From: a virus
DNA length: 34,351 nucleotides
Strand: one strand, 5' to 3'
IMG/VR virus record: IMGVR_UViG_3300045988_172761
Location: 1 to 34,351 of that record
Part shown: positions 33,828-34,351 of the stretch, piece after piece
How the letters are laid out: each line of letters opens with the position of its first letter
How positions within the stretch are numbered: position 1 is the first letter of the stretch
Program-made: the position numbers and the translations under genes
The notes under the pieces: generated by a model
The model's input: the letters and a program-made list of their open reading frames with translations, nothing else
What the model was told of the DNA's origin: nothing
Databases searched by the model: none

Positions 33828-34351
33828 ATGGAGTTTCCCAAGAGCAACCGGGGCGCGATCGAGCGCAAGCGGTTCTGGCTGTCGGACGACGGCCTGGCGC
33901 TGATCGCGGGCTTCCGCCGCGAGGGCATGACCATGGAGGAGATCTACAACGGCCAGGTCGGGGTGTCCTCGACCACGTGGCGCTCGTGGCTCGCCTCCAG
34001 CGACGGGCTGCGCGAGGCGATCGCCCAGACCGACGAGCAGGTCAACTGCCTGGTGGAGCGCGCGCTGCTGCGCCGCGCCCTGGGCTACGAGGTCGTGGAG
34101 GAGGACGAGGAGCTGGTGGAGGGCGAGATGCGCGTGGTGCGCCGCCGCCACCGGCACGTGCCGCCCGACACCAAGGCCCAGCTCGCGTGGCTCTACTCGC
34201 GCCGCGCCGACCGTTGGCGCGCGAGCCAGGACCCGCGCGACGCCACGACCGAGCAGCTGCGCGCGGTGGACGCCGTGGTGGTGTCGATCGCCCACGCCTC
34301 GGTCCTGCCGGATGGCGCGGACCCTCAACCTCAAGTAGAGGTCGAGGGTTC
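33828..34351 (+). CDS. terS: terminase small subunit (HTH-containing), truncated by the window end and continuing at 1..41
   Basis: This ORF is missing from the six-frame track because it has no in-window stop. Translation reads MEFPKSNRGAIERKRFWLSDDGLALIAGFRREGMTMEEIYNGQVGVSS...; the size, the position before terL and the N-terminal HTH-like segment fit TerS. RBS agagaggagg. Confidence 0.65.
   Translation, partial: MEFPKSNRGAIERKRFWLSDDGLALIAGFRREGMTMEEIYNGQVGVSSTTWRSWLASSDGLREAIAQTDEQVNCLVERALLRRALGYEVVEEDEELVEGEMRVVRRRHRHVPPDTKAQLAWLYSRRADRWRASQDPRDATTEQLRAVDAVVVSIAHASVLPDGADPQPQVEVEG
34327..34351. repeat. 25-bp sequence identical to 1..25
   Basis: Direct comparison. Confidence 0.9.

Noticed and set aside
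1-34351. CRISPR arrays, tRNA genes, integrase, attachment sites, insertion sequences
   Set aside because: None was found. The only short repeats are the regulatory TGCAAC/TTGACA elements, the Cpl-7 coding repeats and the 25-bp assembly overlap. No cloverleaf-like 70-90 nt structures, recombinase motifs or IS-type terminal inverted repeats were seen.

Overview
The window looks like a complete ~34.3 kb dsDNA siphovirus-type phage genome from a high-GC Gram-positive host. Positions 1-25 are identical to 34327-34351, and a terminase small-subunit ORF reads through this junction, so the window is most likely a circular or circularly permuted assembly. The plus strand, wrapping from 33828 to 19422, carries the late genes: TerS and TerL; a portal; an SPP1-gp7/MuF-type minor head protein with a C-terminal ADP-ribosyltransferase (ART) toxin domain; an HK97-gp10-like protein; scaffold and major capsid; connector proteins; the tail genes (major tail, chaperone, tape measure, Dit, Tal-like, fiber-like); a holin and a GH25 endolysin with three Cpl-7 repeats; and a cargo island of cysteine-rich and unknown proteins. 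The minus strand (33329 down to 19390) carries the early and replication genes: small hypotheticals, an SNF2 helicase, an XRE HTH regulator, PrimPol-AAA, a Cas4-like PD-(D/E)XK exonuclease, an HD phosphohydrolase, a zinc-ribbon protein, Sak4-like AAA ATPase, DUF669, a family-A DNA polymerase, a HAD-like protein, a short PurA homologue (PurZ-like), dUTPase, a DUF550-like (MazZ-like) protein and a VRR-NUC nuclease. The co-occurrence of a PurZ-like gene with DUF550, HD and PolA is the signature of the 2-aminoadenine (Z-base) DNA pathway. No integrase or CI-like repressor is present, so the phage is probably virulent. Regulatory signals I could see: four very similar minus-strand sigma70-type promoters (TTGACA-N17/18-TA[CT][GA]AT), each paired with an inverted TTGACA; and two plus-strand intergenic regions packed with TGCAAC repeats and long hairpins, each ending in an extended -10 (TGTTACAAT) just upstream of the TerS and scaffold/capsid genes. 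The tail and lysis block (~7850-16250) has clearly lower GC than the rest, which suggests mosaic origin. Many long ORFs in the six-frame track are antisense or frame artefacts of the high GC and were not called.
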